A stretch of 64,000 nucleotides of DNA from Bacillota bacterium. GTDB lineage: Bacteria; Bacillota; Sulfobacillia; Fermentithermobacillales; Fermentithermobacillaceae. The notes beneath the pieces are model-generated. The model had not been told where the DNA came from, did not search any database, and saw only the letters and a list, made by a program, of their open reading frames with translations. The translations under genes and the position numbers were made by a program. Positions 47,950 through 57,683 of the stretch are shown here, one piece after another (within the stretch, counting starts at the first letter, position 1; each line of letters starts with the position of its first letter). Where the stretch lies: positions 158,101 to 222,100 of the forward strand of contig JAPXLN010000001.1 in NCBI GenBank assembly GCA_033809515.1, given 5' to 3'.

Positions 47950-50900
47950 TCAGCATTCGCTATACCCGCACGCCAGACACTTTAGACACCCTTCTATGTG
48001 GACCAAGTTCCAGGTGCCGCAAGACGGGCAGAGGCTGAACTTTTTCCCTGGAAGAAAAGGCAGCTCGTCCTGACGGGGGTGAGATTCCTCTTCAGACTCG
48101 CCCTCGGGTTTCCTTATGTGGTTGACATACTCGTCAATAAACTGGCCTATTGCATCGGGGACCGAGCGAACTCTGTTCGGGCCGAATCCTATGCTTCTTG
48201 AACCGCCTATACCCATAAGCTGGTCAGCGATTTCCTGGGGCTCGATTCCTGACCTCAGAGCTATTGATATCATCCTTGCAATCGCTTCGGTAAAAGCTGC
48301 CACATCGCTGCCTGCCTTGCCGATCTGGGCGAAGAGCTCTACCGGGTGCCCCTTAAGAGTGTTCAGGGTAAGGAACAGCTTACCAACGGGAGTCTCCTTG
48401 GCTGTTGTGAATCCCTCAAGGGTATCAGGGCGTTCGATTGGTCTAATCCTACCCCATACTCCGTTTACCCGGGCGGCCTTGCCGCCTGAACCGGTTTCGT
48501 CTTGCCCGTGCTCAGAATCTCCCACTCCCGGAGTCGCGTCACCCTTTGAGTCAACCCTGGCACCTACAGTCAAGACCTGCTCTTCCCGGCTGCCGTCTCT
48601 GTAGACAGTAACCCCCTTGCACCCAAGCTCATAAGCCCGAAGGAATACATCCTTCACATCTTCCCTTGTAGCTTCGCGACTGAAGTTGACCGTTTTCGAG
48701 ACGGCATTATGGGTGAACTTCTGAAAAGCTGCCTGCATCTGAACATGCCAATGAGGAGTGATCTCATGGGCCGTAACGAAAACACGGCGTACGCGTTCAG
48801 GCACTTCAGAAATGTCGTGTACAGCGCCGTGTTCGGCGATCTTCTCCATTAGCTCATCAGTGTGGAAGTTCAGTGCCCTGGCTACCCTTTCGAACCTCGG
48901 GTTTGCTTCCACCAGTTTCTTGTTGTCCAGCACGTTTCTGGTAAACGCTATGCTGAACAAAGGCTCTATTCCTGACGAAGCGCCGGCTATCATGCTGATA
49001 GTGCCGGTAGGAGCAATAGTCGTGGCAGTAGCGTTTCGAACCTTAACGCCCTTTTCGGCATAGATGCTCTTTTCGTAGTTAGCAAACACACCCCGGGTTG
49101 TCGCAAGTTCCTCAGACGCTTCGACCGCCTTCTTCTCGACAAACTCCATGACCCTCTCAGCAAGGTCCACAGCTTCCTGGGAGCTATATGGAACCCCAAG
49201 GTCCAGCAGCATATCAGCCCAACCCATTACTCCAAGGCCGATTTTCCTGTTGCCGTGAGCCATATCAGCTATCTCAGTCAGGGGGTATTTATTTGCATCT
49301 ATGAGGTTATCCAGGAAATGAACGCCGGTCTTTACCGTGCAGGCCATAGCCTCCCAATCCACAAGGCTCTCCGGCTTGATATCGCCCGAATCCTCCAATT
49401 CCCAAACAGGTTTTGTGAAGGCCCCCAGGTTGATAGAACCGAGACAGCATGCCTCGTATGGAAGCAACGGCTGTTCCCCACAGTTGGATACAACAAACCC
49501 GTTAGCAATGAACGAATGGCTGTAAGGAACTGTCAGGTCAAATACCTCTTTCTGACCGCAGGGCTCAACAAGATCGACTAGGTCGGCAGACTGCTGATAG
49601 TAGAAACCGCGCTTTCTTCGATCTAGTGCTTCCGCTGGATTCGAATACCTGTCGTCCAGAAACCCGATTATCTCAAGATACCGCTCTAGGTTATCACCGC
49701 TTATTTGCAGTTCAGAACACGTACCGTCTGACTCGTAGAATCGAGTAGAACCATTAATGCTCTGATAGGAGAAGTTCCTCCTTGGGGACCTGCTTCTATC
49801 ATATACTGAAGACCGAATTCCCAGGAAAAGCAGAAGTCTCTGAACATCCTCTACAAGTTGTCTAGACTTGGATGTTAGCCTAACGTAGGCGGTGTTATTC
49901 TCAGAAACAGCCATAGTGCCATTGGCCGTGAACAAACCCTTCAAGAAACCAACCACGGCTTCTTCAGTTGCCCGAAGTATGCTCTCAGGAACTCGCTTAT
50001 GCTCCGCGGAAACCGGCAACACGCCTAATCTCATGAAAAACTCCGCCAGCCAGCGTGAATGATAGCTCAGATGCCAAACACCGTTCTTTCTCCTAACCGC
50101 CTTGACGCTTCTACCGTACCATTCATCCAAGCATTCCTTGATAATCTGCATCACGTGACTATCAGTCTTGGAAAAAGCGAAACCCACGCGACTGTTCCTT
50201 TCGTCGTATCTGAGCCAACCATCCCCTACAAGCCATCCTAAGACCACACCCAAACCAGCTGACCATTCATTGGGCAGGTTCAGCTCGTAGACTCTGCCGT
50301 TTGCTCCCATGGGGCAGTTGTCTACCTTGAAGGGTAACACTGCTTGCTCTGAAAATGTGCATCTACCAGACTGAAGAAGCACCCTATCTTTCCCGGGCCT
50401 AAGTTTCTCTGCAGGCACCCAGCCTCGTGTAGTCATCATCCGGTGATCGGGAGTCACTTCGACGGCAAAACCATGTTTGGTCGTGATCTTGACTACATCC
50501 TTGACACCTGTACGAAATGCTCTCGAAATGGGCGTCAGCTCAATGCCCGAAGCAGACAGAGCAGCCATACCTGTGGTGCCCTCCAAAGAGGAGCTGTTTA
50601 CCGTTCTGGTATCGATGGCAACACTCAGGCCGCCGTCACACCATTTCTCTGCGATCTCCTGTATTGGCACTAGCCCAAGTTCTGTAGACACCAGTGCGTC
50701 TCCAACCACGCAAGGATTGGTGCTTTCAATCTCGCCTATCTCAGGCGTAGGGTTGTCCCTGTTCAGGCGGTCGAGGAACACAATCCCGGGTTCACCGTTC
50801 TGCCACGCCTGGTCAACGACTTTCTCAAATACCTCTCTGGCGTTGAGTTTTCCGGTGACCTTGCCATTCCTGGGATTGACCAGCTCATACTCTTCACCTG

Positions 50901-51879
50901 CTCCAACCGCTTCCATGAATCTCTCTGTGATGCCAACGGATATGTTGAAATTCGTAAGCTCTTTTGTATCTGTCTTGCAGGTGATGAACTCCAGTATGTC
51001 CGGATGGTCCACCCGGAGAATCCCCATGTTGGCGCCCCGGCGAACGCCGCCTTGTTTGACCGCTTCGGTAGCGGCATTAAAGACCTTCATGAAAGAAACA
51101 GGGCCTGACGCCACGCCTCCGGTGGAACGGACAACGTCGTTCTTAGGCCTTAGCCTGCTGAAACTGAAGCCTGTACCGCCTCCTGACTGGTGAATGAGTG
51201 CGGCATTTTTCAGCGAATCAAAAATGCTTGCCATAGAGTCGTCAACAGGCAGCACGAAACACGCGGAAAGCTGCTGAAGCTCCCTTCCTGCGTTTATCAG
51301 TGCAGGCGAGTTTGGCAGGAACTTACCCCGGGTCATGGTTTCATAGAATCTTTCCGCCGTCTCGGCCAGCTTATCCTTACTCATTTCCACCTGAGCCTTA
51401 AGCTCATCCCAGGTGCATCTCATCACATTCTCTTCTGAAAGCCTTTCAAAACCGGTTTTTAGAGTAGCCCAATCCCACTCGGTGACTTCAAAATCCCGGC
51501 AGGAGCCAGAGATCTCACAGGCCTGCTCGCTGCCGGTTTGCTCGCCGCCGGTTTGCTCACCGCAAACCCGGGTTCCGTCATCCTGGTCACAACCGGCCAC
51601 TTGCCTGCGCCCCATGTAAACCGCCGGATGGTACAAGACATCCATAAGTGCGATGTTCTTAGCAACACGCCAGAACATCTCCTCAGGCGATTCAAGGATC
51701 TTTCCTTCTTCGTCTTTGCAAAGATAACGTTTTTCAAGAACAGTAAGTGCGCTCTCGGTCAACGGAAGCGAAGTGCGAGCACTAATCTCGGACACAAATA
51801 TTCCCCCTGGTTGCCTCATGGCCATATACTCTGAATCTCCGCTTGGGTACACTCGCCCAACAGGCCTAAGTTCAGACAC
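47950..51879 (-). CDS. nrdJ: Adenosylcobalamin-dependent ribonucleotide reductase (class II, NrdJ) interrupted by an intein.
   Basis: Class II N-terminus (LEKRYL...MFWRVA), active-site NPC/GEQ split by the intein, and a C-terminal Cys4 ribbon. 1309 aa including the intein. Confidence 0.85.
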   Translation of the reverse strand: MSELRPVGRVYPSGDSEYMAMRQPGGIFVSEISARTSLPLTESALTVLEKRYLCKDEEGKILESPEEMFWRVAKNIALMDVLYHPAVYMGRRQVAGCDQDDGTRVCGEQTGGEQTGSEQACEISGSCRDFEVTEWDWATLKTGFERLSEENVMRCTWDELKAQVEMSKDKLAETAERFYETMTRGKFLPNSPALINAGRELQQLSACFVLPVDDSMASIFDSLKNAALIHQSGGGTGFSFSRLRPKNDVVRSTGGVASGPVSFMKVFNAATEAVKQGGVRRGANMGILRVDHPDILEFITCKTDTKELTNFNISVGITERFMEAVGAGEEYELVNPRNGKVTGKLNAREVFEKVVDQAWQNGEPGIVFLDRLNRDNPTPEIGEIESTNPCVVGDALVSTELGLVPIQEIAEKWCDGGLSVAIDTRTVNSSSLEGTTGMAALSASGIELTPISRAFRTGVKDVVKITTKHGFAVEVTPDHRMMTTRGWVPAEKLRPGKDRVLLQSGRCTFSEQAVLPFKVDNCPMGANGRVYELNLPNEWSAGLGVVLGWLVGDGWLRYDERNSRVGFAFSKTDSHVMQIIKECLDEWYGRSVKAVRRKNGVWHLSYHSRWLAEFFMRLGVLPVSAEHKRVPESILRATEEAVVGFLKGLFTANGTMAVSENNTAYVRLTSKSRQLVEDVQRLLLFLGIRSSVYDRSRSPRRNFSYQSINGSTRFYESDGTCSELQISGDNLERYLEIIGFLDDRYSNPAEALDRRKRGFYYQQSADLVDLVEPCGQKEVFDLTVPYSHSFIANGFVVSNCGEQPLLPYEACCLGSINLGAFTKPVWELEDSGDIKPESLVDWEAMACTVKTGVHFLDNLIDANKYPLTEIADMAHGNRKIGLGVMGWADMLLDLGVPYSSQEAVDLAERVMEFVEKKAVEASEELATTRGVFANYEKSIYAEKGVKVRNATATTIAPTGTISMIAGASSGIEPLFSIAFTRNVLDNKKLVEANPRFERVARALNFHTDELMEKIAEHGAVHDISEVPERVRRVFVTAHEITPHWHVQMQAAFQKFTHNAVSKTVNFSREATREDVKDVFLRAYELGCKGVTVYRDGSREEQVLTVGARVDSKGDATPGVGDSEHGQDETGSGGKAARVNGVWGRIRPIERPDTLEGFTTAKETPVGKLFLTLNTLKGHPVELFAQIGKAGSDVAAFTEAIARMISIALRSGIEPQEIADQLMGIGGSRSIGFGPNRVRSVPDAIGQFIDEYVNHIRKPEGESEEESHPRQDELPFLPGKKFSLCPSCGTWNLVHIEGCLKCLACGYSEC
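49483..50712 (-). mobile_element. Intein (410 aa) with a LAGLIDADG homing-endonuclease domain inside nrdJ.
   Basis: Begins with Cys after ..IESTNP, ends ..VVSN and is followed by the +1 Cys of CGEQ. Two LAGLIDADG-like motifs (LGWLVGDGWL and FLKGLFTANGTM). Confidence 0.8.
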
Positions 51880-51907
51880 GGCGGTGAGCTGCTATCTTCC
51901 CATGTCT

Positions 51908-52387
51908 CTACAGGCTGCGCTTGTCAATGCACCCTTTTTCCCTCAGGATCTGCTCGAGTTCCTCACGGAATCCGGCCAGATCCTGAAACTCCCTATACAC
52001 TGATGCAAACCTTACGTAAGCAACGTCGTCAATGGCCCGGAGCTTGGCCATGACTGCCTCACCGATTTCCGTCGATGTGACCTCTCCTCTCCCGGTCTCT
52101 CGAAGCGCCCTCTCAACCTCGGACGATGCCCTTTCCAAAACCTCAAGGGCAATTGGTCGTTTCTCGCATGCCTTGAGCATCCCCGAAAGGATTTTCTGTC
52201 TGGAGAACATTTCCCGGCGCCTGTCCTTCTTCACAACAAGCAAAGGCGTTTCTTCAACTCGTTCGTAAGTGGTGAACCGGCGACTGCATTCCGGACACTC
52301 GCGCCGCCGGCGTATGGCGGTAACGTCTTCTGTAGGGCGAGATTCGAGAACGCGCGAATCAAGGTACCCGCAAAAAGGGCATTTCAA
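51908..52387 (-). CDS. nrdR: Transcriptional repressor NrdR.
   Basis: N-terminal zinc ribbon (CPFC...CPEC) and ATP-cone. Probable TTG start. The longest ORF runs to 52447. Confidence 0.8.
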   Translation of the reverse strand: MKCPFCGYLDSRVLESRPTEDVTAIRRRRECPECSRRFTTYERVEETPLLVVKKDRRREMFSRQKILSGMLKACEKRPIALEVLERASSEVERALRETGRGEVTSTEIGEAVMAKLRAIDDVAYVRFASVYREFQDLAGFREELEQILREKGCIDKRSL

Positions 52388-52475
52388 AGGAAAGACCCGC
52401 CTTTCGTGGAATTCCTTGCCAGACCTGCATCCGGTCACACCGAACATTTGTTGGCCCCATATCTAGGTCTGGTCC

Positions 52476-52892
52476 CTATCCTTCTACGCTATCCCTGGGT
52501 TCTCCTGCCTTCCACCGAGCTTTTTCAACGAATTTCTCCTTTGCTACTAAGAAGCGTTCATGGGTGCCATAGCCAACCTGCTCAACACTGTCATGTACCT
52601 GAACGTCAAACACCAACCGCCTGCCGTCCCGGGAAATCAGCCTTGACGTGGCGGTCACTTGGAGACCAGGGGGAGTAGGCGCAACATGATGGATGTTGAT
52701 AAGAGTGCCAACGGTGGTCTCACCTTCTTCCAGAAAAGGTCTCACTGCGTCAACTGCAGCTTCTTCAACAAGCAACACCAGAGTGGGAGTAGAGAATACC
52801 TCAACCTCTCCGCTTCCTGTAGTACAAGCAAGGTTGTCACGGGTCACTGTACAAGACGCACGTCCCGAAACACCCACGGGAATGTTTTTCAT
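52476..52892 (-). CDS. Hotdog-fold thioesterase-family protein.
   Basis: About 138 aa with a hotdog-like sequence pattern. Confidence 0.45.
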   Translation of the reverse strand: MKNIPVGVSGRASCTVTRDNLACTTGSGEVEVFSTPTLVLLVEEAAVDAVRPFLEEGETTVGTLINIHHVAPTPPGLQVTATSRLISRDGRRLVFDVQVHDSVEQVGYGTHERFLVAKEKFVEKARWKAGEPRDSVEG

Positions 52893-53077
52893 GGCTTTTC
52901 AGCAGGCCAAAGCATATGGAACACAGACCTGCCAGAACTCACCTCCAAAAGATCAGTATAAGCAAAACCGCTCAAATCTGTCCGGGTGAAATCTTTGATG
53001 TTTCTGTGTAAGATCAATAGGACCGATTGGATCATATAGGCCAATGCCCAATAAGGAAAGCAGGGGATCATAAGAGC

Positions 53078-53680
53078 ATGTCCGGAGCATATGCAGAAAA
53101 CACCCTTCCGCGCTCTTTCTACTCAAAGCGTGCGCTTGAAGTCGCCCCTCTTCTCCTGGGATGCATACTCGTATGCAATTCACCGGAAGGCGTCACAGCA
53201 GGGATTATTTCAGAAACCGAAGCTTACGAGGGACCCGAAGACCGGGCCTGCCATGCCTTCAACGGTCGCCGGACACCCAGAAACGAGGTTATGTACGGAC
53301 CTCCGGGATACGCCTATGTGTATTTCACTTACGGCATGCATTACATGCTCAACGCAGTGACAGCTCCGGAAGGGACTCCTCACGCAGTCCTGATACGGTC
53401 AGTAATACCTGTTGCCGGGCAAGCCATCATGCGCGCAAGACGCCTGGGAAGGGAGCCTTTATCCCAGGGCCCCGGAAGACTCACCCAGGCAATGGGCATA
53501 ACCGGATATCACAACGGCGCTGACCTAGCCGGAAATAGCCTGTTTATCGCGTTTCCTAGGGGGAGGCTCCATGAAAAGCCCCAATACGATGTCACGTCCA
53601 GGATCGGGGTGGATTACTCCGGGGAAGCTAAGGACTACCCCTGGCGATTTATCTTGCGCAACATGGGAAGGGAGGCCTAA
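53078..53680 (+). CDS. DNA-3-methyladenine glycosylase (Mpg/AAG family).
   Basis: Conserved ETEAY and GPPGYAYVY regions. Start trimmed to an internal ATG. The longest ORF starts at 53027. Confidence 0.75.
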   Translation: MSGAYAENTLPRSFYSKRALEVAPLLLGCILVCNSPEGVTAGIISETEAYEGPEDRACHAFNGRRTPRNEVMYGPPGYAYVYFTYGMHYMLNAVTAPEGTPHAVLIRSVIPVAGQAIMRARRLGREPLSQGPGRLTQAMGITGYHNGADLAGNSLFIAFPRGRLHEKPQYDVTSRIGVDYSGEAKDYPWRFILRNMGREA

Positions 53681-53685
53681 CCCTC

Positions 53686-54390
53686 GTGCCTGAGCGAACC
53701 ATACTCATCGCCGATGACGAGGATCACATAAGGCAACTTATCTGGCTTTACCTGACCAACGAAGGGTTCTCGGTGATCGAGGCTCAAACGGGCTCAGAAG
53801 CTCTCAGAATGTGGCGCGAACAGCCTCTTGGACTGATCATCCTGGACATCATGATGCCTGAGGCAGACGGATGGGAAGTCCTCAAGCAGATCCGCAAGGA
53901 GCGGAAGACCCCTGTTATCATGCTAACAGCCAAAGACGCCGAGATGGACAAAGTGTCCGGGCTGGAACTTGGGGCTGACGACTACGTCACAAAGCCGTTT
54001 AGCCCTCGGGAACTGGTCTCCAGAGTGAAAGCCGTGCTCCGCAGAGCTGAAGAGCCGGTAATGCAAGCAGTATCGTACCCAGGGCTTTCCATTGATCGGG
54101 AATCCCGGGAAGTCACGGTAGCAGGCCGGATAATGAGCCTTCCGCCAAAGGAGTTTGAGCTGCTCTGGCTGTTGGCGAGTAACCCAAATAAGGTGTTTAC
54201 CAGGGAATACCTTCTTGAGACGGTGTGGGAATACGCATACTTCGGGGATATTCGGACGGTGGATGTCCATGTGAGGCGCCTGCGCCAGAAGATCGAGAAA
54301 GACCCTGATAACCCGGAGTACATCAAAACTGCCTGGGGAGTGGGGTATAAGTTCGAATATCGCCAGCATATTCAAAGGAGCGAAACTTAG
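53686..54390 (+). CDS. OmpR-family response regulator.
   Basis: Receiver domain (DDEDHIRQ...D) and a winged-helix C-terminus. 234 aa. Confidence 0.85.
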   Translation: MPERTILIADDEDHIRQLIWLYLTNEGFSVIEAQTGSEALRMWREQPLGLIILDIMMPEADGWEVLKQIRKERKTPVIMLTAKDAEMDKVSGLELGADDYVTKPFSPRELVSRVKAVLRRAEEPVMQAVSYPGLSIDRESREVTVAGRIMSLPPKEFELLWLLASNPNKVFTREYLLETVWEYAYFGDIRTVDVHVRRLRQKIEKDPDNPEYIKTAWGVGYKFEYRQHIQRSET

Positions 54391-54393
54391 CGG

Positions 54394-55548
54394 ATGTCGC
54401 TTCGAGGAAGGCTAATGGCGGCGTTTGTCGTCATCATCTTGATTGTTGGCCTCGTAATGGGCGCTTATCAAGCTCGCCTTCTGGATAGTTTCTTCCGCCG
54501 CTCGGCTAAGAACCAACTGGTCCAGCAAGCCCGCAGCATGGAAGCGATAATTGGAAGGCTGAGGACCAGTCCGTCTTCCGACACGACGATAACCAGGAAC
54601 CTTGTCAGCGTCGCCAGTTCAGTGACGGGGTCAAGAGTCCTGGTGACTAACGCTCACGGAATGATCCTTGTGGACTCAGAAAACGACCAACTCCTGGGCC
54701 AAACGGTATCTTCAGACTATCTGTCAGCGACTCTGCGAAACGGCTTGACCGAAACGTTCGACTTCCCATCCGCAGGCACCGGTGCTGTAGGCGCCGCCGT
54801 TCCATGGCGCACCGGCGCACACGTCACCGGGGCTCTCATTTTCATCAAGCCCCTGGCGACCTTGCCCAAGCTATGAACTCCATGTCTCACGAGATCTCCG
54901 TCCTGGTCGACAACCTAACGCGTGAAAAGGAGAAACTTCAGACGCTGGCTGAAGAACGCCAGAACATGATGTCGGACATATCCCACGACCTCCGGACGCC
55001 TGTCACCTCAATCAAGGGATTCATTGAAGCCTTGCAAGACGGCGTCATTAAGGGTGAAGATGAGCAGCGGCGGACCCTGGCCATTATCCACGACGAATCC
55101 GAAAGACTGGCCCGTCTTGTCGAGGATCTCTTCTACCTTGCCAGACTTGAGGCCGGTGAAATCCCTGTGGAGATGGCGAGAGTTGATCTAGCGGATGTCG
55201 TCCGCAGCAGCATGGATGCAATTCGTCCCCTAGCGCTTGAGAAACGCATTGATCTTCGACTATCGACAGACGAATCCACCTGCGCAGGGAGGGCGGTGGT
55301 GACCGGTTCTGCCGACAGGCTGACGAGGGCAATCCTGAACCTCCTGGATAACGCCATAAAGTACTGATCTTCCCCACCTTTTTGACCGGTTTCACCGGGG
55401 AGACAAATCCCGCGCCCGGATGAAAGCTAGCGCAGGTCTGGGTCTATCCATCGCCCAGCTCATAGTGAAGCAGCATAACGGGCGTCTGTGGGTCACAAGC
55501 AAGCCGGGCCGAGGTTCCTGTTTCGGCATGGTTCTTCCGCTGGCATGA
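54394..55548 (+). pseudogene. Degraded sensor histidine kinase. Two frameshifts or deletions remove TM2/HAMP and the G1 ATP-binding box.
   Basis: Three consecutive reading frames. The first carries TM1 and the sensor region. The second carries HAMP-tail, HisKA (SHDLRTPVTSI) and the N-box (NAIKY), then a stop. The third carries F-box/G2 (FDRFHRGD...GLGLSIA). Only 13 nt separate the N-box frame from the F-box frame. Confidence 0.6.
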
Positions 55549-55664
55549 CACGGCTGGCCCCAACAGTTAATCAATCGTTAATACTCCCTCCATTGTGCGT
55601 TAACACTTTTCGGCGAGAATTAGGTGCAGAAACGCGATGGTGTTCTGAAAGGGGGGAATGTCAT

Positions 55665-56141
55665 ATGATCCAATCCAGGAAACGCCTGCTTGGCGTACTT
55701 GCCGGTGCCCTGTGTATTGTTGTCGGATTAGCCTCCATCGCCTTTGCCAAGGGCGGTCTGCACAGTGTCGTAACCGGCGGTCTGGGCATGGAATCGCGGG
55801 CTCCTAAAGACACCGGAGGCAAAGGGATAAGGGCAGGCAAGGAAACAATGGACTGCCAGGGCTCCATGGCCACCATGTCGGTTGAACGCCTTGAAGCAGC
55901 CATCGCTCGCATGACGGTAAACAGAGAGAGGCTGGCCAAGCAAATCGAGGAGTTTGAGGCCAAAATCCCTGAGCGTGAAAGCAAGATCGCGGATATCGAA
56001 GATGAGACCCTCAGGGAGTTCGCCGCCAGGCGTTCTGAAATCATGAAGCAGCGTCACAGACTCAGCCAAGAGCACCTCTCTATTATTGAGCAAAAGCTCC
56101 ATCTCCTTCAGGACGCGCTTGCCTACGCCAAATCGAGGTAA
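55665..56141 (+). CDS. Secreted coiled-coil protein of unknown function.
   Basis: Signal peptide (MIQSRKRLLGVLAGALCIVVGLASIAFA) with a GGGGGAA RBS. Start trimmed from the 55488 ORF. Confidence 0.5.
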   Translation: MIQSRKRLLGVLAGALCIVVGLASIAFAKGGLHSVVTGGLGMESRAPKDTGGKGIRAGKETMDCQGSMATMSVERLEAAIARMTVNRERLAKQIEEFEAKIPERESKIADIEDETLREFAARRSEIMKQRHRLSQEHLSIIEQKLHLLQDALAYAKSR

Positions 56142-56206
56142 GTCGAATATCATCCATGAAAACGCAGCCGGCACCATGGTACCGGCTGCGTTCTCCTTTA
56201 ACCTCG

Positions 56207-57643
56207 TTACTTTGTGGGATCGCCGCCCAGGATAAAGGCATGCATGTCATCGGTTACGGCTTTGATATTCTCTTCACCCAAGTATGTCATGTGACCTGCT
56301 TCGTACCCCTTGACAAAAACCCGGTCCATGGGCAGGCCCGAGTGATTCAGAGTGTAGTACAGAATGCCTATCTGAGTGCAGATATCATACCAACCATTGA
56401 TGAAGAATACGCGCATGGTAGGTGTCCGGCGCATGGCGGCGCTTAGGCTTTGGGAGGTATTCCGGCCCTTAATATTGTAGTTCCAACTGGACCACAGAGA
56501 GTGAGAGTTAACGAAGTTGCGGTCCCACTGAATGCCAAGCAAGGGGAAGACCTCACCGCAAAGCACAGACTGGAAGAAGGCATTGTACTTTCCTTCCGCC
56601 GCGTCATCGCCGGTGCCCCATTGTTGCTCGTACAACAAAGGCGTATATAGGGGACGGGTGATTCGTCCATCCAAACGGGCTACCGCACGGCCCTTGTTAC
56701 GCGCGACCTGACTGCGATACTCTGTACTCTCTATAAACAGCGCCCGTTTCTCCAGGTATTCCCGGGAAACCCCGGTATAGTAGATGACCCGTTCAATAAT
56801 ATGTTCCCGGTTTGTTCCTTCAAGAGATTCCCCTTGATACAAAGCTAACAGATACTCAGTATCAGCAAACCGCTTGGCTTCGGCCACGAATTCCTCCACG
56901 GTTTGCTCAGAAGGACGGTTATGGTACCAGTTGACCGCGGCCAGAGTCGGGAATGCCAGAACCGCCGAGTAAACCGGAGCCCTATCGCCGAAGGATCGCC
57001 CCACGGTGACTGTGTTCCCAATCATGATTATGCCGTCAAAGGTGACGCTGTAAGCGCGGTCGGAACCGGATAGGGAGCCCATTCCTGCAACCGTGCTGGC
57101 CCGGGTACAGCCGTAGCTCTCGCCCATCAGGTATTTTGGGCTTTGCCACCGGTTATAACGGGCTAACCAAGCTTGGATAAAGGTGAGGATAGCTTCGGCA
57201 TCCTGTTCGACCCCGTAGAACATGTCTTTCTTGGACTCATCCAGCAAGCGACCGAAACCGGTACCTACGGGATCCACCAGCACCAGATCGGCAATATCCA
57301 ACAGACATTGGTCGTTATCGCAAGACTCATAAGGAGGAAGCGGCAAACCATCGCCATCGACTTCTCCATATTTCACACGCTTGGTGCCCAAAAGACCGGC
57401 ATGTACCATCATGGAAGACGTGCCCGGGCCACCGTTAAAACCAAACAGGACCGGACGTGACTTTACATCGTCCACATCAGAACGGAAATATGAGTACGAG
57501 AAGATTGAAGCAATGGGTTTCCCGTCATCATCATAAAGAACATTATCTTCACTAACGGTATGATACGGTATTTTTGCGCCGCGCAAGGTAATGCTTCCTT
57601 CTCCGGCAAAGCGAGAAGGAGCAAAAACGTCGGTTTTCAGCAT
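56207..57643 (-). CDS. S10-family serine carboxypeptidase-like protein.
   Basis: FNGGPGTSS and GESYG active-site motifs. Confidence 0.6.
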   Translation of the reverse strand: MLKTDVFAPSRFAGEGSITLRGAKIPYHTVSEDNVLYDDDGKPIASIFSYSYFRSDVDDVKSRPVLFGFNGGPGTSSMMVHAGLLGTKRVKYGEVDGDGLPLPPYESCDNDQCLLDIADLVLVDPVGTGFGRLLDESKKDMFYGVEQDAEAILTFIQAWLARYNRWQSPKYLMGESYGCTRASTVAGMGSLSGSDRAYSVTFDGIIMIGNTVTVGRSFGDRAPVYSAVLAFPTLAAVNWYHNRPSEQTVEEFVAEAKRFADTEYLLALYQGESLEGTNREHIIERVIYYTGVSREYLEKRALFIESTEYRSQVARNKGRAVARLDGRITRPLYTPLLYEQQWGTGDDAAEGKYNAFFQSVLCGEVFPLLGIQWDRNFVNSHSLWSSWNYNIKGRNTSQSLSAAMRRTPTMRVFFINGWYDICTQIGILYYTLNHSGLPMDRVFVKGYEAGHMTYLGEENIKAVTDDMHAFILGGDPTK

Positions 57644-57683
57644 AGATAGTCCCTCCTCTAGGACAGTTGATTGATTTCGGAGA

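Noticed and set aside
50477-51193. 238-aa plus-strand ORF inside nrdJ.
   Set aside because: It is antisense to nrdJ and its intein and is Ser/Pro-rich low-complexity translation typical of a wrong frame.
55488-55664. N-terminal 59 aa of the 217-aa ORF at 55488..56141.
   Set aside because: This part overlaps the remnant HK C-terminus in another frame. A signal peptide with a strong RBS begins at 55665.
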